Of a stretch of DNA of 64,000 nt, positions 26,010 to 38,731 are shown piece after piece. The stretch's first letter is position 1. The number at the start of each line of letters is the position of its first letter. The stretch comes from Lytechinus pictus. Lineage: Eukaryota. The DNA is taken from contig NC_087257.1 in NCBI RefSeq assembly GCF_037042905.1, positions 24,738,001 through 24,802,000 of the forward strand, read 5' to 3'. The notes under the pieces were generated by a model, which searched no databases, was not told where the DNA came from, and was given only the letters and a program-made list of their open reading frames with translations. The position numbers and the translations under genes are program-made.

Positions 26010-29000
26010 GTAATTTTCTTGTGTTATCCAGCTGCTTTATCCTAACAGTGTACCAAAATGATGGCTGATTTTGTCACAAGATCTGGGGGGAAGGGGATTA
26101 GGGGCACTCTTACAAGGTGGACACTGGGCACCATTCTCATCCGTGGATTTTCAAATAAGATTCTTAACAAATGATCTTGCTTCGATGTCAGAGTACCCCA
26201 AACAAGTATTTTGTTGCGTTTCTCTTAATTGTGTCTCAAATCTCGTAATAGGATGAAGTATTATAACCTCTCCACATGCAATGAGTGCGGGGCTGATGAA
26301 AAGTATACATACATTCAGAATTTTTCCCGCTAAATTTGACAGACATGATACCCTTTTTCACTGAACACACGCTAATCTCCTGGTCGTAAAAAAATAGCCT
26401 GTACTTTCTACGTGCTTTCATGGACAATCCTTGCAAGGATGGTGCCCACCTTGTATTAACAGTGACCCCCCTGGACGAGATACAGGATTAGTCATCCTTC
26501 CTTATGTTGCTATTCATCGCTTAAATTAGGGCAACCCTTCATTTCCCATTGGACCAATCTCAGGATCAATCTCAGGCGGCTGAGATTGATTGTAATGAAA
26601 ATCTGCTTGCTTGCAAGATTCCTCCGGGAAAGACATGCCTCTGACCTTTGACAAGGTGCCTAATCCAAGGCTAGTCTGCAGGCACAGACCCTGATTGAAA
26701 CTGATCAATAAGTGTGTCTCCACGCAAAGACTATCACATACGAAACTTGCTGTTTCAATTCTGAGCTAGAGGGCCTTTAGTACACAAGGCATGAGTAGGC
26801 TGCACATTCAGACCCTAAACTAGAGTGAAGGGTTTGCACAGCAGACTAACCCAAGGCCATGTCTTTTGATACGCTGTTGGCAGGCCTTGATGTCCTCTCT
26901 CATAAGCTTTTAATGGAGATTGGTTGTGCCCTTTCATTTTTCCAATTTGTTCTGTCAAGTAGCCTTTCCCTTTAAATATTTTTCATAGATTTTTAAGTAA
27001 TATTTCAAAGAATGATTATCAACTGAGACTGAGCCTGTGTAATCACATGCGAGCTGTCACCTATGGCAAATGATCGTTATTGCAAAATCTGCCAGTCTAC
27101 AAAAAGTAACTATGCTCTAAATGTATTTGATGCCCCTGTATAAATCTTGAAAGATGGCTCATCTGTTGTGCTCATATCATTTGTGTTTCCAGATGATGGG
27201 CAGTACGCAAGCAGTTTTGAGGATCATAAAGGTGAGAGTCTTTCCGATCCGAAACAGACCGAGTCTGTTGGGAACGCCTTTCGTGATGTTGATCCGGTGA
27301 AAGAAGCTGTGGCAGAGGGGAACCAAAACCAGAGAGGGGTCTCTGAGCTGGCAGAAAGATTAGCAGATGTTGAAGAAGCAAAGGTAAGAGACACAGGGGT
27401 GTTTTTCCAAGAGTTACGTTGACCTATGGGGTGTTGCAAGAAACTTGCGATCAATTGCAAGCCTATTTTTGGTCCCTAAATCAATCATAAGTCTGGCAAT
27501 TAACTGCAAATTCAAGATTGGTAGCTGATCTGCTTCTTGAAACATGGAGGGTAATCTCATTTGCTACAGTTAAAATTGCTTTATCAGTTGTAAAATGGCA
27601 ACAGAATATTTGAAATCGATTGCAAATATTTTCTTGCAACACCCCCTTAGAGTCGCACTTAAATTCCTTGTTGCATGCCGAATGTAAGGCATCACCGTAT
27701 TGGTCAATTCATGATAAGTGGACGCATACTACTACTGCCTATTAATCAATAAGAATGCGAGTTATAAATCATGTACTCGTCAGCATTTAAGCAGGACTCT
27801 AAGTCACACTTATATTATATGAGAAACACCCCCAGTTACCATAGTAACTGTCTGATACCTGTGCTTCTCAGATAATCAAAATGAAGGAAATTTGTCAGAT
27901 CGGACAATTTGTAAGATAAAATATATTGAATGAAAAAATCATCTGAGTCCATTCCTCCATTCAGGATGATTGACTTGTCAAAATTTGTCATTTTGCCCAT
28001 TGAAGTTCATTGCAGAACCTTTGTATTCATGCAAAATACAGTACCATTGAGTCTTTGCTAAAACTGAATGAGTCTTTCACAGTATTTTGTGTTAAAATTG
28101 TTGTTCTTACTACTTTCATGTTTTTTCCCCCTGATACAGACCCCGAGCCCCGAAGAATGTGCCATCTTTTTGGCTGATCACATCAGTTCGGGTAACGAGA
28201 TCAACACACTCTTAAGAAACATGAATCTCAACAGTGTAGCCATTGGTGATCTTGAAGAGCGCCACCCCAAGGACCCAAAAGAACGGCGGATAGACGGCAT
28301 CAGGGCAGGCATTTCGTCTGCTAAGGGCGACCGCATCATCTTTCTCCTTACTGCTCTTGAGAAGTCGAAGCTGAATCCTCAGGCTGAATTGCTGTGTGAT
28401 GAGTTTGACATTCAACGGCCCCAAGGTTTGATTTGATTTGATTTTGTTTCCACATTTCAATAATAAAACTATACTAGTATAATCATTTTTCAACATGACA
28501 TACCAATAAGGAAACTTTTCCATTAAAATGATAGAAATACATTTTTCTAATTCAAATATAAATTATACTTCGATCTAACAAAACTTACATTGAGAGGTCT
28601 ATATGTGGGAGACCGCCATCTTAAGTTAGGAGCTTTAATTTGATGGCGGCCTTGAAAGGTGCAAATAAAGTTGTAGGGCAACACAGTGAAGAGTAGAAAC
28701 ATATACTGGTTTGGGTTATCATATGCCAATGTAGGTCATATAAATGTAGATTTTGCATGGAGGAATTGCATGTATGAAGTGAGGGAGCCAAGAGAAGATA
28801 AATTATTTTCATGACTCTACCTGCCGCTTCTGTTTTGTCTGGGCGTTAATCCTGTTTTCATTCTCATGATAACTCAAAAACCTTACGGATCAATTTCAAA
28901 CTACCTATATGCTAATGGTTATCTATAGCAATAAGAAAGTTCTGATCAGTTCTTTGAGTTTTGAGGTCAAAGGTCACAGCGATTGTTATATTTCAGTAAA

Positions 29001-32000
29001 ATTACTGTTCTCACAGAAACTTCGTTGACAGATCAACATCAATCTAGGCTCATGTAGGCCTATGTGTATCAGAATGACAGTGATCTGATTAGGATTGGAA
29101 GATTCAAGGTCAAAGTTCATGGGTCATCATATACTTGGAATTTGGAAATACCCCCTCACTTTTAATGCCAACTTGATGCAAAAAGTCAAGCTGCCCAAAT
29201 TGTCAAACATTCCCATCTCATCAGGTTTGGTCTGCTATAAGTATAAGCAGTCACGTCATCCGATTTCAGTCTTTTTATTACAGACTTCATCCAATCTCAC
29301 AAAAGACTGCATTCAATTAAAGGGATAAATAAACATTGTTGAAACTATACAAATTTATTTGGTACGGAATGAGAGGTATGCCATATCTCTTTTTGGTGAA
29401 CAATCAAGAATCTAGGAAATTTCTAGACAAAAATGTCAGTTTATCACACTTTGTCTACATGACAGTATTCATGCTTTCTTAGCAATCAGGTAAAAAATCA
29501 CCACCAATACCAATACCAATACATCAAGGCTCAAACCATTGCCTTTCATGCGTTGGTGATCTGTAGCTGGCACATCTCTGACAACTCTGTTTACGCATCT
29601 TTCTATATCCTCTCAGGGAGGGCGCTATGAGATTATGACGTCACGTGTGTAACGTCTATTCAGTGGTGCTTAATATATTACCCCGGCTTTTACCTTTGGT
29701 TGTATTATTTGTATTATGCCCAGCCATCTTGTATGCGAACCTATGGACATTGAAACATGCTAGTCGTACCATCACACACATACCATCAAAACATATAATG
29801 TTGAATGGCCTGATATGTCACATTAAGACTTCTGTGATTTCACCTTCATGCATGACACCCCAACTTGCCCCTAAAATACCCCAAATTGCATACTTTGGGG
29901 CGACCATCTTTTCTAGAGTCACCCCAAGATCAGCCACAAACAATATTCAAGAATATTTAGAAAATACTCCATGTTCGACAGAATAATTGCATTTAATGCA
30001 TAGTTGCTCTTGGTGCAAAAGTAGCGGTTTAACTGAATGAAATTGCCCCAATGTTGAAAAATATGGCCCCTAAAAAGTCCTACCCAGAATTCTAGGTAGT
30101 TTATTATTTCATCTGTAATACAGTCAATGCTAAATATGAAGTACATGTACATGTATACAAAAGTATAAATTTGAAAATGAAATATAACATGATATTGATA
30201 AAGAAATGATATAGAGATGAAATTTATTTTTATATGATTCTATATTTAACAGCTCAGAAGCCATTACAAGCATCAAGTCCTGGTAAGTCCGTGTTTAATT
30301 TCAAGTTTTGAATTAAAGTAATAAGCTGAGGAGATATCTTAACAATTATTTATAAATACAATGGTGAATATTAAGGGTCTGGGGTATTCTGGTGCATGCA
30401 TAGTGCAAAAATAAAAGAGGAGATGTGTGACTCATCCAAGTGCATCTGATTGGTAACATTCTCCAAACTTTTTTTTTTTTCAAATAAATATTTGTCTTAT
30501 TGTCTAGATGACTTTGCAGATTCACCATGCTTGGAGCCTCAAAGTGACTTTGAGACAGTCCTAGAGCCCTTCCTACAAGATCCCATCAGCATCCATACCG
30601 TTGCGGTTGAACTAGCCAAGGAAAGGGACTTCACAGGGGTGCAACTGAAGGAGTTCAAGGATTCCTTTCCTGGTTGGAAGGAATCACATCGGAGGTACCT
30701 AAATGAGGTGAGGAGATGGCCACTTATTAAAGGGGAATCCAACCCAAATAGAAGGTTGTTTTGAGAGGAAAAATAAAAATCAGACAAGGAGATAGACGAA
30801 AGTTTTGACAATATCGGACAAACAATGAAAAAAGGTTATGAATCTTTAAAAGTTGTAAAAATTGGTAATCTTTATACCTATGGAGACTTAAATAGTTTAT
30901 AGTGATGTCATAGTGATGTAAGGTAAGGCCTATTCCATTTACTCCAATACATAAAATGGCTTAAAATGTCATCTCTTCCAATAGGCTTACTTTGAATTAT
31001 AATAAGTGTGGTAATATTGGGGGTGGAGGTGGGGGGCTGCCATTACAGGGTGGATACCTTGTTTGTTCAGAAAAACAATTACATGTATAAAGGTTTGTTT
31101 TTCATGGTTGGGCACCGTGCAGAAAGATAATGAAAATCAGGAAAAAGGGTATACTTGTCTACCCAACATAAAAGGGTATAATATTTCACCCTCTCACTGA
31201 AATACTACTTCTACTACTACCAGTACTACGAAAACTTCTTCTCATACTTGTAACTACATGTATTTCTGCTAACCCCTGTTTGTCCTACCTGACCATAGAA
31301 AGCTAATAGTCGCTGTACAATGGACATCCTTAATATTTGGGCTCAATTCGAGGTTGAAAGAAGAAAAGGTGTGGCGGACAAAGCTCAAGGTATAGAGATG
31401 CTGGCCAATGCCCTAAGGAAATCTCAACAACTCAATGTCCTGGAAAAACTTAAGAGTTATCTACGGAAAGGTGTAGTGGGTAAGGCCTGACCCCGTCTTA
31501 CAAAGAGTTACGATTGATTTAATCGACCTCAACTATATGGAAGTCCTATGTCATAACTTTTCTACCGGAAATTTGCACAATGTCTTTGTGAACAAAGAAA
31601 AGCACACTGAATTTTCAAGAAAACAATAAATGTATGAATATCCATCATATCTAGAAGATATTTTGAACAAACATGGATTTTAGCTGTTGACGTTGCTGGC
31701 TTTCCGCGGTTGTGATTGAATTAATTGTAATTCTGAAGACCCTGTTTAATATGATCATTGCAATTAATGGAATACACTTTTATTTTGAAAATGAATGTTG
31801 TTTATTTTACATTCTTCATTTTGAAAGAAAAAGTGTCATGTGTCATTCTATTAATTTGAGGGTCAAAATGCTTCATGATAATTCCAATTCTCTCCTTTTT
31901 CCTTTTATTTTTATAGTATATGCCTCTGCTCACAGTAGTCAATTGCTTGAGGTATGCTTTCAAATCATCCATCTGTCCCATTTGAGTTCTTGCGAACTAA

Positions 32001-33561
32001 AGAACCTTTTGACGGATCATCTTCAAATTTAATCCAATTATATATAAATAATAGGAGTGACGATGATCTGATGACTTTTTTTTTTGGGGGGGGGGTCATG
32101 AGGGAGGAGGTGAAAGGTCACAGGATGTTTACCTGAAAGTATCTCGTTCTTGGGATAACCACAATTAAGGAACTGTTTGAGGGGTCAAATTCAAACTTGG
32201 TCCGAGTATACATGTCAAATTTTGTGTTAACATTGTTCAATTTGTAATGCAATGACTGTTTTTACATGCAAAGTTGCAAATTTCTTACTTAGTGTATTCT
32301 GAATCATTATCTCTGTATTTCAGGTGCATGAATTAAAAAAAAGGAATGATTCTTGGTCACTGATGGCTTAAAGTGATTTTTTTAATTCCGTACAGGGCCA
32401 ACTTTGAGGAGAGATGTTTTACTGCGACAGTTACTATCTTACAACCTTAAAATGGATATCATCCATTGCCTCGCAATTGAAAAGGAACCAGGTGGGTAAA
32501 TTCTAGGGATGTAGTCGGGGCAGGCCTTAAGGCCACATTTTGCTGGCTTTGGCCTTGGCCTCGGCCTGAGTCCTTTGTTCAAAGTCTGTGGGAGAAAGTT
32601 TTGTCCACCGGCCTCGTGACTCGGAAGTATCAGCCTTGACTACATCGCTGGTAAATGCGTAGAATACTCCAATATATCAAAGGCAAGGGTTTTTTTAATA
32701 AAGACTTGTTATAATAACTAATGCACAATTTCTATAACAAATTTACTCCCAGCCAATCAGATTGAAGGATTTTAGTAGCTTTTAACTGTTCTTGTAAATT
32801 TGTTATCATAACAAGTTTTATGAAATGGACCCCGGAGATGTTAATACCCTCTAGACTGGGCTGAGTGCCCAATTTATTGGCCTAGGATATTACTGTCTCC
32901 CTTCTAAAAATGTTCCCATTTGTGCTGTGATATAGAAATGTGCTCTCTGGAAAAATGGCCTTGGCCCAAAAAATGTCAAAATCTAAGATTTGGAAATGTA
33001 AATACATACATTTCTCTATTTGCAGTTGTAGGGTGTTGAATAATGAGTACACTTCTGAAAATTGTAAATTGATATCACAGAGAGAATAAATTGATAGTGA
33101 AAGATGTAATTATGGATGTAGGTTACTTGGATCGATGGAAGTTCATGTAGGAATATTAGTGGATAAGGACAGAAAGATGAGGAGGAGGAGAATGGGGTGG
33201 AGAAGGAAGAGGAAGAGAAGATGAGGAGAGGAAGGAGAATAGAAGAGAAGGAAAGAAGGAGAAGAGGAGGAAAACAAACTTCTATGTAGAATTACACGGA
33301 GAGTTAAGAACATGTTTTTATTTATATTTTTCTCAATTTGATTAACTCACTTCAGGATGCAATGACTGGCGAGCACTAACCGAGGAAATTGGTCATGGGA
33401 AATTCATCCTGGCTTGGGAGAAGAAATCTGCTCCAGCTCACGTTGTTTGGGATGTTTGGAAGACACAAGATGATGCCACAGTGGGAACATTATACAACTG
33501 GGCAATCAGTAAAAACAGACTTGATATTGCTGGTCTTTTGGAATCAAGTAACGCCGCATGA
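25325..33561 (+). CDS. Coiled-coil + triple death-fold domain protein (~624 aa), putative immune/apoptosis adaptor
   Basis: join(25325..26009,27193..27383,28140..28425,30253..30282,30508..30707,31299..31479,32396..32491,33356..33561) = 1875 nt, GT-AG, phase-consistent. The last two exons give LRQLLSYNLKMDIIHCLAIEKEPGCNDWRALTEEIG...VWDVW...ATVGTLYNW...NRLDIAGLL, a MyD88/IRAK-type death domain pattern. Upstream coding exons cannot be excluded. Confidence 0.75.
27193..27383 (+). CDS. Death-domain gene exon (linker)
   Basis: ttccag| ... AAG|gtaaga; phase 1 to 0. Confidence 0.75.
28140..28425 (+). CDS. Death-domain gene exon (first death-fold-like domain)
   Basis: tacag| ... G|gtttga; helical pattern FLADHI...LLRNMNL...IGDLEERHPKD...LLTALEKSKL..AELL. 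Confidence 0.7.
30253..30282 (+). CDS. Death-domain gene 30-nt micro-exon (AQKPLQASSP)
   Basis: aacag| ... G|gtaagt; symmetric phase 1. Confidence 0.6.
30508..30707 (+). CDS. Death-domain gene exon (second death-fold, N-terminal half)
   Basis: tctag| ... GAG|gtgagg. Confidence 0.7.
31299..31479 (+). CDS. Death-domain gene exon (second death-fold, C-terminal half)
   Basis: catag| KANSRCTMDILNIW...MLANALRKSQQLNVLEKL G|gtaagg; absent from the ORF track. Confidence 0.7.
32396..32491 (+). CDS. Death-domain gene exon (start of C-terminal death domain)
   Basis: tacag| PTLRRDVLLRQLLSYNLKMDIIHCLAIEKEP G|gtgggt; only this frame is open. Confidence 0.7.
33356..33561 (+). CDS. Death-domain gene last exon (MyD88/IRAK-like death domain)
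   Basis: ttcag| CNDWRALTEEIG...ATVGTL...RLDIAGLLESSNAA*. Confidence 0.8.
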
Positions 33562-33717
33562 GTTCATTTGCCATTGACTGCAGAAATAATAATAATTGCC
33601 AATTTTTATAAAGCGCTTTTCCCTGAATGGCTCAAAGCGCGTTACAGCATATTATACAGCAAATAGAAATCTATTTGACCTGGAAAATCAAGACTTTAAA
33701 GAGGTAAATAAGACATG

Positions 33718-33792
33718 TGGAGCATTGTGGCCCAGTGGATTAGTCTTCTGACCTTGAAACAGAGGGTCGTGGGTTCGCATCCCAGCCATGGC
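33718..33792 (+). mobile_element. tRNA-derived SINE head (truncated)
   Basis: TGGCCCAGTGG (box A) and GGTTCGCATCC (box B), then CAGCCATGGC as in the 11854-12140 SINE. Confidence 0.6.
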
Positions 33793-34429
33793 ATCTCTTT
33801 CCATCTCTTTGTAGATCCATGAGCGAACTTTAAATAGACGTAGGCCTTCATGGATTGAATTTCAATAGAAAATGGAAACGATGATTTGTCATTATACGTT
33901 TATCCAATGCATGGATGTATGTTTGTAATGTGTGCAATTATGAGGGACAGGTGCGGAGGGGGGGGGGGGGTGATGGGGGAGGAGTTGATGGTCAATTCCC
34001 ATAGCTTCCATGTATTACATAATGATCAAATGGAATATAGAAAGTCAGATACATGTATACCAGAATAATGTGAAAAGAAATTGCAGGAAAAATGAAAGAT
34101 ATTCTTTTGGCCTGCACCTTGGCACTTCATAGGCCAGTGATTCTTAATTTTAATATAGTGTGCTTATCCATATTAACCTCAATAATTTTTTCCATATTTT
34201 ACATTTTATGTGTAAGGCATTTATTACTGTTATAATTATATTAATGATAATAATAACATCAACTGCTGTTGTTGCTGCCATTGCCTATGCCATTCACCTC
34301 GATACTAGGTGTTATATTTTACTTACATTGATATTCATGTACCCAGCAATATATGAATTTCTTGATATTATATACAATTTCAAAAGAAATGAAGATGTAA
34401 TTTCCCCAACTTTTATTTTTCTTTCACTT

Positions 34430-34588
34430 CCGGGGCCGCGAAACGGTTTTCATATCGGGGGGGGGGGGGGTCTGACCATGCAAAAAATCGCAATCACATG
34501 GTAATGTTTACGTTTTTGTACACGGTTTTAGAAAAAAGTGTGGTGGGGCTAAAGCCCCCCCCCCCCCCCCCCGCTTTCGCGGCCCCTG
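34430..34588. mobile_element. Small poly-G/C MITE with 5-bp TSD
   Basis: CACTT|CCGGGGCCGCGAAA...TTTCGCGGCCCCTG|CACTT. Confidence 0.6.
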
Positions 34589-36660
34589 CACTTATTGTAA
34601 GTTTTGTGTCTACTGATATGTAACCAAGAAATGAGTGATAATTAATTTCTTAAAGACTGAATTTATCTACAAGACTTGTATAGATATTTCCAGACACCGT
34701 GGCAAGGACCCTCATGTATCAGTCAATGTATGCTTTAGTTGCCATACTCTACCCAGGTGTTATATAAAATGGGTACCTGATGCCTCAAGTTAGAGCCAAT
34801 GTAGTATGTCTAGCAAATGAACTTGAAAGCTCTTGCTGGAATACTCCACATGAAGTGGAGAATGTGCTTACTTTGTATGTCGGTAAGTCAGTATTCGATG
34901 ACTGGTGTAATGATATATCTGAGTGCTATAGAGATGTAGTTTTAATATATTCAAGATTGTATACAGGGACTATTATTATCAGAAGAACCTTTTCCCAGTT
35001 TCATCCATGTTATAGAGCTCCTTGCCTTTTAGATGAACTAGCCAACATCACTTCTATTGACCTCTCATACATAGAGATAGAGAGCACCATGCTTTGCTAT
35101 GATAGGAGCACTGATTTTAGCGGCACTCAGTATTTGGTAGAATCTTTTGCCAGGCACCATATGCATATGAGACCTGCCCAATATAGTATGGTGAAGGTTT
35201 GTGGTATATCCATTTGGTTTTCTAGCGAATGGTCAAATTCTAAGATTTAATACCATCATGGTAAAACCCTCTTGGTCTTCTATCATTGTGCTCTAATTAC
35301 TGTTTGGTCCAATCAATCATTTGGTCTAATACACACTTAGTCTAATGCCTAGTTGGTCTAATTCACTTATCATATTGCACTTTGTAAAAAGAAAATTTTA
35401 TTTTTCATAAACAGTTCATCTAGTCATATAGACCAAATGGAGACCAGATGAAATGTGTTCAGCCTAACTGGGATTTACATAAAATGATTGATAAGCTAAA
35501 TATCAATTAGACCAAATGATAAGCAGACAACTAGTATTAGACCATCTGGGATTAGCCAATGTGCGATTAGACCAAATGGATAGTAGACAAAGTGGGTTTA
35601 GACAAGCAGCAATATACCGTCATAATTATATTTTATGTTTTGTTTTTTACATGTATCAATCATTTTTCCATATGTGGCTTGATGTAAAGGTAAACACAAT
35701 TAAATCATAAGGTCAAGTATGTAAACATATCTACAATATTAGATGTGTCATTAAAGAATTATTTTCTTCATGTTCTTTTATCATATTGAACATCCAATGG
35801 GTACACCTAAGAATTTGTAATAGAATAAAGGAAACAGACAAAATAATATGTTCATAACCATTATAATTTTAAAGGAAGAAAGGATATATACACTATAGGG
35901 CATATGACCTGTGATGGGTATGCCATTATATACAAATATATGTATGATTTATGAAGTTTATATAAATATATAAGCGTTTGACAAAAATACATGAATCAGT
36001 TGATATTATTTAAAGTAATATTAATAGTGTGTAAAAAGGGAGAGTTAATTTTATTTAGAGAGAGAGAGGGGGGGTGGGGGAGAGAGGGGTGGGATGAGGG
36101 AGTGGTTTCAAGGGGAAGAATGGATGCATTACGTCATAAGTAAATGGAGTTTCAAACATAATCGAAGTAGACCATATTTAGGCTCGGCAGATAAAATGTG
36201 AATATAAAATGAATGGTATGAAAGAGATAGAGAGTGTGTTAATTTTTTTTTTTTTTTTGGTGGGGGGGGGGTGAGGTTGGTGGAGGAATGCTGTCATTTA
36301 CCGAAGAAGCTATCACTTAAATTTGTTTCCCTTTTTAATGGAAAGTGAATAACATCTAAAAATGCTAGCCAGGAAGTTCAATGACAATAAAGAGGCCCCC
36401 CCCCCTAAAAAAAAACGAAAGCGCATGGAATCCATCAAGGGTGATGACCCAGTAACCCCTATATTTCTCTCTCTTAATTCTTTCCACATCATCTCTCTTT
36501 TAATTTTCCATCAGTTTCAATCCTTGACAAAAACTGAAAATTATTGATACAAAAAATTGCTTTTTTTAACTTCCGTCAGTAAAACATTGCAATTTTGATA
36601 TCAATTTAACGCATGATTTTACCTCAAACAATTATTGACCCGAGAAATAAAGATCGTCGT

Positions 36661-36951
36661 ATTGTGACGTAATAAATAAGGCCCTCGCTGGTCGATGTTT
36701 GGAGCGATTTATTGTTGCGTCATTCATTGTTTACATTCGGCAGAAACGATGCGCGTTCGTTGATTGTTACGTCACGCGTTAGATTTCGCGTACGTATATT
36801 GACGTCATTTATCTATTTACTCTACTTTGACCTTTATACAAATTGACCCATATTAATGCGTCATGATGGTGGAAAAGAGTTCATTGTTACGTCATTCATT
36901 GTTTACATTTAGTCAATGCGCGTAAGTGGCAGTGCGTTGATTGTTACGTCA
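36661..36951 (+). promoter_or_regulatory. Clustered CRE/ATF + Sox + Forkhead motif module upstream of the uncharacterised gene
   Basis: Seven CRE-like octamers, four ATTGTT(A/G)CGTCA composites and two TGTTTAC in 290 bp; putative non-coding first exon ending AAG|gtaggt at ~37120. Confidence 0.55.
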
Positions 36952-37592
36952 TGCATTGAAACCAAGGACATCAAATTGTGTTAGTGTATCAACAGTCCAT
37001 CCGCAAACTGTACACCGTTGATAGATGGATGCCGATATTTCCTGATCAAAGCTTTTCGTCAATTATGATAAGTTGCCTTAATACTTTTTATAGGGGCCAA
37101 ACATTGTGATTTTCGAATAAGGTAGGTATATTTGGGCTGGTGGTAATTTCAAGAAATGTAGAATGTATGATATGAAAATAATTCTCTTTGTGAAATTCGG
37201 GAAATATAATGTGGGTGGGGTGGGGGTGTTGGCTTTTTAAAATCGATTGTCCGGACACACAACAATTGGGTATATAATTAAATTTATACCTTTTTTCCCC
37301 ACGGAAATCGTAAGAAAACGGGCATTAGTCTGCTTCTTTGAAATTAAAATACAAAGGACGAATACAAAATAAAATGCACTTTTTTATTTGTAAGTTTGAA
37401 TCCCTATATTGCAAAGGAATTTAATTGTATTTTAATTAATTTCCACTGTGTTTTTTTTTGCTCACTCGTTTCACTTTCTTACAATTCTTTGAAAAGAAAA
37501 ATCGCCACTTCGATCTATTCCTAAAACTTAGCCATCTCATTGGTATGCCCCATGATGATGTGAAAATTTTCAATAAATAGTGTCAAGCTTAA

Positions 37593-38405
37593 AGGTCAAG
37601 TCCACCCAGGAAAATGCTGACTTGAATAAATAGCGAAAAATCAATCTAGCATATAGTGCTGAAAATTTCATTAAAATCGGATGTAAAATAAGAAAGTAAA
37701 TAAAGATGCTTTAATAGGAGGATATTATAACTTGCAAACAAATTTTCGGCACCACTCCTATGTGTCTTAAAATCGCACGCTCGATCTGTAATGAAAATCA
37801 TAAGTCAGAAAAAAACCACTGGTTCCAATTTTTTCTGATTTATGATTTTCATTACAGATCGAGCGTGCGATCTTAAGACACATAGGAGTGGTGCCGAAAA
37901 TTTGTTTGCAAGTTAAAATAAGAAAGTTATGACATTTTAAAGTTTCGCTTATTTTTCACAAAACAGTGACATGCACAACTAGGTGATTCAGTTAATGATG
38001 CCCATCACTCACCATTTCTTCTGTATTTTATTGTATGAATTATACAATATTTCATTTTTTATAGATTTGACACTAAGGACCAACTTGACTTAACCATATA
38101 GTATTAAACAATGCTAATTGCACATGTTCAGGGAGGAATTAATCGTTGTATCACTTGACAATGAGGAGAAAATTACAATATTTCATATAATAAAATACAA
38201 AAGAAATAGTGAGTGGATGACGTCATAGTCTCCTCATTTGCATACCAGCCAGGATGTACTATAACTGTTTTGTGAAATTAAGCGAAACTTTAAAATATCA
38301 TAACTTTCTTATTTTACATCCGAATTTGATGAAATTTTTAGTGTTATGCTTGTTGGATTTTTCTTTTTTATTCAAATCAACTTTTTGTTGGGGTGGACTT
38401 GTCCT
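37593..38405. mobile_element. Kolobok-like MITE carrying a nested ~190-bp hairpin element
   Basis: TTAA|AGGTCAAGTCCACCC...GGGTGGACTTGTCCT|TTAA; insert at ~37698-37915. Confidence 0.8.
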
Positions 38406-38731
38406 TTAAGAAATTTAGATTTTGTAAGAAAAAAAATCATGGAAACATAGTGAAAATTGATTAAACGTTACTTTATTGTCTTTATAAACAACTATAAATT
38501 TACATCACATTACCATGCATTTACCTATCACATATATGAAATGAAAGAAAAAAATGGGAAGAGCACAATACCGGGACAATACCGTATGCCACTTATTATT
38601 TCCAGTGCTTAGTTTTCTCACCCCTCCCCCCTCACCGCCTGTCCCCCCCCCCACCCCCGGCGTGATTATAACTCGGGAAGTGGATCTTAATTAGCTCTTT
38701 CTCATCGTATATCTAGACACAGATTTCGAAA

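Noticed and set aside
34780-35250. 156-aa ORF
   Set aside because: Overlaps decayed SINE-like sequence; no recognisable domain or exon context.
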